NCBI GenBank assembly: GCA_040954595.2
Contig: CM082577.2
Location: 17,305,903 to 17,369,902 of the forward strand
Direction: 5' to 3'
DNA from: Balanoglossus misakiensis
Lineage: Eukaryota > Animalia > Hemichordata
Length of the DNA stretch: 64,000 bases
In this document: positions 61,154-64,000 of the stretch, piece after piece
Layout of the letters: every line of letters begins with the position of its first letter
Position numbering within the stretch: position 1 is the first letter of the stretch
The notes under the pieces: model-generated
Seen by the model: the letters and a program-made list of their open reading frames with translations, nothing else
What the model was told of the DNA's origin: nothing
The model's database searches: none
Made by a program: the position numbers and the translations under genes

Positions 61154-64000
61154 GCCGTAGGAAATCTGACTTGATCAACGTTGCTACCGAACGCTAGTGT
61201 CTGTCATAGTGTGCCGGGGTTTTAGTCGAGCCAAGCCGTAGGAGATCAGACTTGATCAACATGGTCTCTGTACGCGTGTTTCTGCTCTAGAGTGCCGGGG
61301 CTTTATCCAAGCCATGCCGTAGAAAATCTGACTTGATCACCGTTGCTAACGTACGCTAGTGTCTGTCATATTGTGACGGAGATTTAGCCGAGCCAGGCCG
61401 TAGAAAAATCGACTTGTTCAACGTTACCAGTGTGCAACTGTTTCTGCTCTAGAGTGTCAGGGTTTTAGCCGACTTATTCTGTAGGAAATCTGAGTTGATG
61501 AACGGGAATCCAATGTTAGAAAACCCGTGTGGAAAGTATCTCTACCCGTTTGAAACTAAGAAAAGAATTTATTCTTATTTATTTTGTAAAAAAGACAATT
61601 TTTCGAAAAAAAGTCGAAAATGGTAATTTTGTCTTGGGTGATTCAAATTATACCGCCTTTTCTGGAATTTGCAGCACTTTTTACAAGAGAACGACACTCC
61701 ATGCTCCATAATATTTCTGAAAATGAAGAAAAGAGTTAATTTTTTATGATTTTTTAAAAATTTACCATTTTTGTTAAAATATGGCCAAAATGGCTATTTT
61801 TTCTTGAATTCCGTCAATATCTCTGCATTTTTTGAGTGGTCGAAAGTTTTAACATACAATCAACATGTCATATATGATCAGGGCACCAAATTCGAAGAAC
61901 AAAGGTTTTTTTATTATTTTTTCTAAAAATTACATTTTCAAGGAAAATTTGGTAAAATGCAATTTTGTCTGCAGTGAGCCAAATTAGACGGTCTTTTGTG
62001 GAATTTGTATCGATATATACATACGAAGAGCATTCTATACTCCATCAGATTTCCGAAAATGTAGAAAACAGTTATTTTTTGTAATTTTCAAAAATTTACC
62101 ATTTTGACCAAATTGTGGCTAAAATTGTTATTTTCGTGTTGAATGCCGCCAGTGTCACTGCTTTTAAAAGTCATAAAACCTTTGAACATACAAGCAATTG
62201 TTTATATATGTTCAGGTCACCGAATGAAAAAAAATAAAGAATGTTTTGCCTAAAAATGACCTTTTTGGTGCAAAAACGCAATTTTGTATTAAATCTGCTC
62301 ATTCAGAGTGCATTTTTTATAATCAGCACCATTTTTACATATAATGGAAATTTCATACATCATCAGATATCCAAATATGAAAAAATGATTTAGATTTTAG
62401 ATGATTGTCCAAAATTAGCTGATATCTAATAAATGTAGTATTGAACCGTTCTGTCCCCCCCCCCCTACATTATATGCCGTACGCCGATGTAAGCTAACCC
62501 GGCAGTACTGCAGGCCGTGCCCCCAACTAACGTCGGTGTTTGAAACGCCCTGGTTAAATTCGGGCTTTCTCTATAAATTGACAGGCAATAATGCAGTCCT
62601 ACCCGAACAAATGTCGAGTGTTGACCCGCTGTGACTTTCCCTCTTCGGTTTGCCCGACTTAGCCAACGTCTTTGTACTAGAGTGTCGGGTCTTTTGCAGA
62701 GCCAGGCCGAAGGAAATCCGACTTGATCACCTTTGCTAACGAACGCTAGTGTCTGTCATGGTGTGCCGGGGTTATAGTCGAGCCAGGCCGTAGGAGATCT
62801 GACTTGATCATCGTGGTCAATGTACGCGTGTTTTCCGCTCTAAAGTGCCGGGGCTTCAGCTAAACCAGGCCGTAGGAAATCCGACGTAATCACCGTTGAT
62901 AACTTACGCCAGTCTGTGTCATATAGAGCCGGTGCACCAGCCGAGTCACGCCGTAGGAAATCTGACTTGATCAACGTGGTCAATGTACGCCTGTTTCTGC
63001 TCTAGAGTGCCGGGGCTTCAGCTGAGCCAGGCCGTAGGAAACCCGACGTGATTACCGTTGTTAACTTACGCCAGTCTGTGTCCTATAGTGCCGGGGCATC
63101 AGCCGTGCCAGGCCGAAGGAAATGTGAGTTGATCAACGTGGTCTCTGTACGCGTGTTTCTGCTCTAGAGTGCCTGGGCTTTAGCCAAGCTATGCCGTAGG
63201 AAATCTGACTTGATCAACGTTGCTACCGAACGCTAGTGTCTGTCATAGTGTGCCGGGGTTTTAGTCGAGCCAAGCCGTAGGAGATCAGACTTGATCAACA
63301 TGGTCTCTGTACGCGTGTTTCTGCTCTAGAGTGCCGGGGCTTTATCCAAGCCATGCCGTAGAAAATCTGACTTGATCACCGTTGCTAACGTACGCTAGTG
63401 TCTGTCATAATGTGACGGAGATTTAGCCGAGCCAGGCCGTAGAAAAATCGACTTGTTCAACGTTACCAGTGTGCAACTGTTTCTGCTCTAGAGTGTCAGG
63501 GTTTAAGCCGACTTATGCTGTAGGAAATCTGAGTTGATGAACGGGAATTTAATGTTAGAAAACACGTGTGGAAAGTATCTCTACCCGTTTGAAACTAAGA
63601 AAAGAATTTATTCTTATTTATTTTCTAAAAAAGACAATTTTTCGAAAAAAAAAGTCGAAAATGGTAATTTTGTCTTGGGTGATTCAAATTATCTCGCCTT
63701 TTCTGGAATTTGCAGCACTTCTAACAAGAGAACGACACTTCATGCTCCATAATATTTTCTGAAAATGAAGAAAAGAGTTAATTTTTATGATTTTTTAAAA
63801 ATTTACAATTTTTGTCAAAATATGGCCAAAATGGCTATTTTTTCTTGAATTCCGTCAATATCTCTGCATTTTTTGAGTGGTCGAAAGTTTTAACATACAA
63901 TCAACATGTCATATATGATCATGGCACCAAATTCGAAGAACAAAGGTTTTTTTATTATTTTTTCTAAAAATGTCATTTTCAAGGAAAATTTGGTAAAATG

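Larger units (their letters stand above)
1..64000. repeat. Tandem macrosatellite array, unit ~2040 bp, about 31 copies, extending beyond both window ends
   Basis: The anchor GTGGAAAGTATCTC (or a 1-nt variant) recurs at 930, 3299, 5347, 7387, 9266, 11317, 13198, 15245, 17124, 20621, 22658, 24697, 26736, 28772, 30811, 32848, 34893, 36945, 38985, 41025, 43065, 45106, 47065, 49103, 51144, 53184, 55167, 57207, 59247, 61529, 63568. Most spacings are 2036-2052 bp, all copies have the same orientation, and they differ by scattered SNPs and small indels. Confidence 0.99.

Noticed and set aside
930-63762. Recurrent 60-81 aa ORFs (MESIST.., MMNGN.., MAIFDK.., MNRSVPPP.., MFCLK..)
   Set aside because: They are short, often use non-ATG starts, and are K/F-rich because of A/T tracts. 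They open or close with homopolymer length changes among units, so there is no sign of frame conservation or a recognisable domain.

Overview
The window is non-coding animal-type repetitive DNA: one head-to-tail tandem array of a ~2.04-kb unit (31 copies of one anchor motif, 30 complete intervals) that runs off both ends. Each unit is composite. It has (i) a GC-rich block of ten complete 81-bp monomers alternating between two types (162-bp dimer), (ii) a ~110-bp junction with ACCCGT repeats and a CENP-B-box-like 17-mer, (iii) an AT-rich block of five ~167-bp monomers, also alternating (~335-bp dimer), and (iv) a ~220-bp linker with a C9-C14 tract and inverted repeats. Units are nearly identical to each other, while monomers inside a unit are strongly diverged. 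Large length variants in the GC block are whole multiples of 81 bp (+162, +324, -162 x3, -81, +243). Shared variants show emerging 2-unit and 6-unit higher-order repeats. One unit carries a 1450-bp non-autonomous Helentron-type (HINE/DINE-1-like) insertion at 17169-18618 with an unusually dense set of consensus transcription-factor motifs. No protein-coding gene, rRNA, tRNA or CRISPR array is supported; the listed ORFs are short chance frames repeated with the unit. I see no demonstrable new biological system. The best candidate is a nested, nucleosome-scaled macrosatellite, possibly centromeric or pericentromeric, which needs external data to test.
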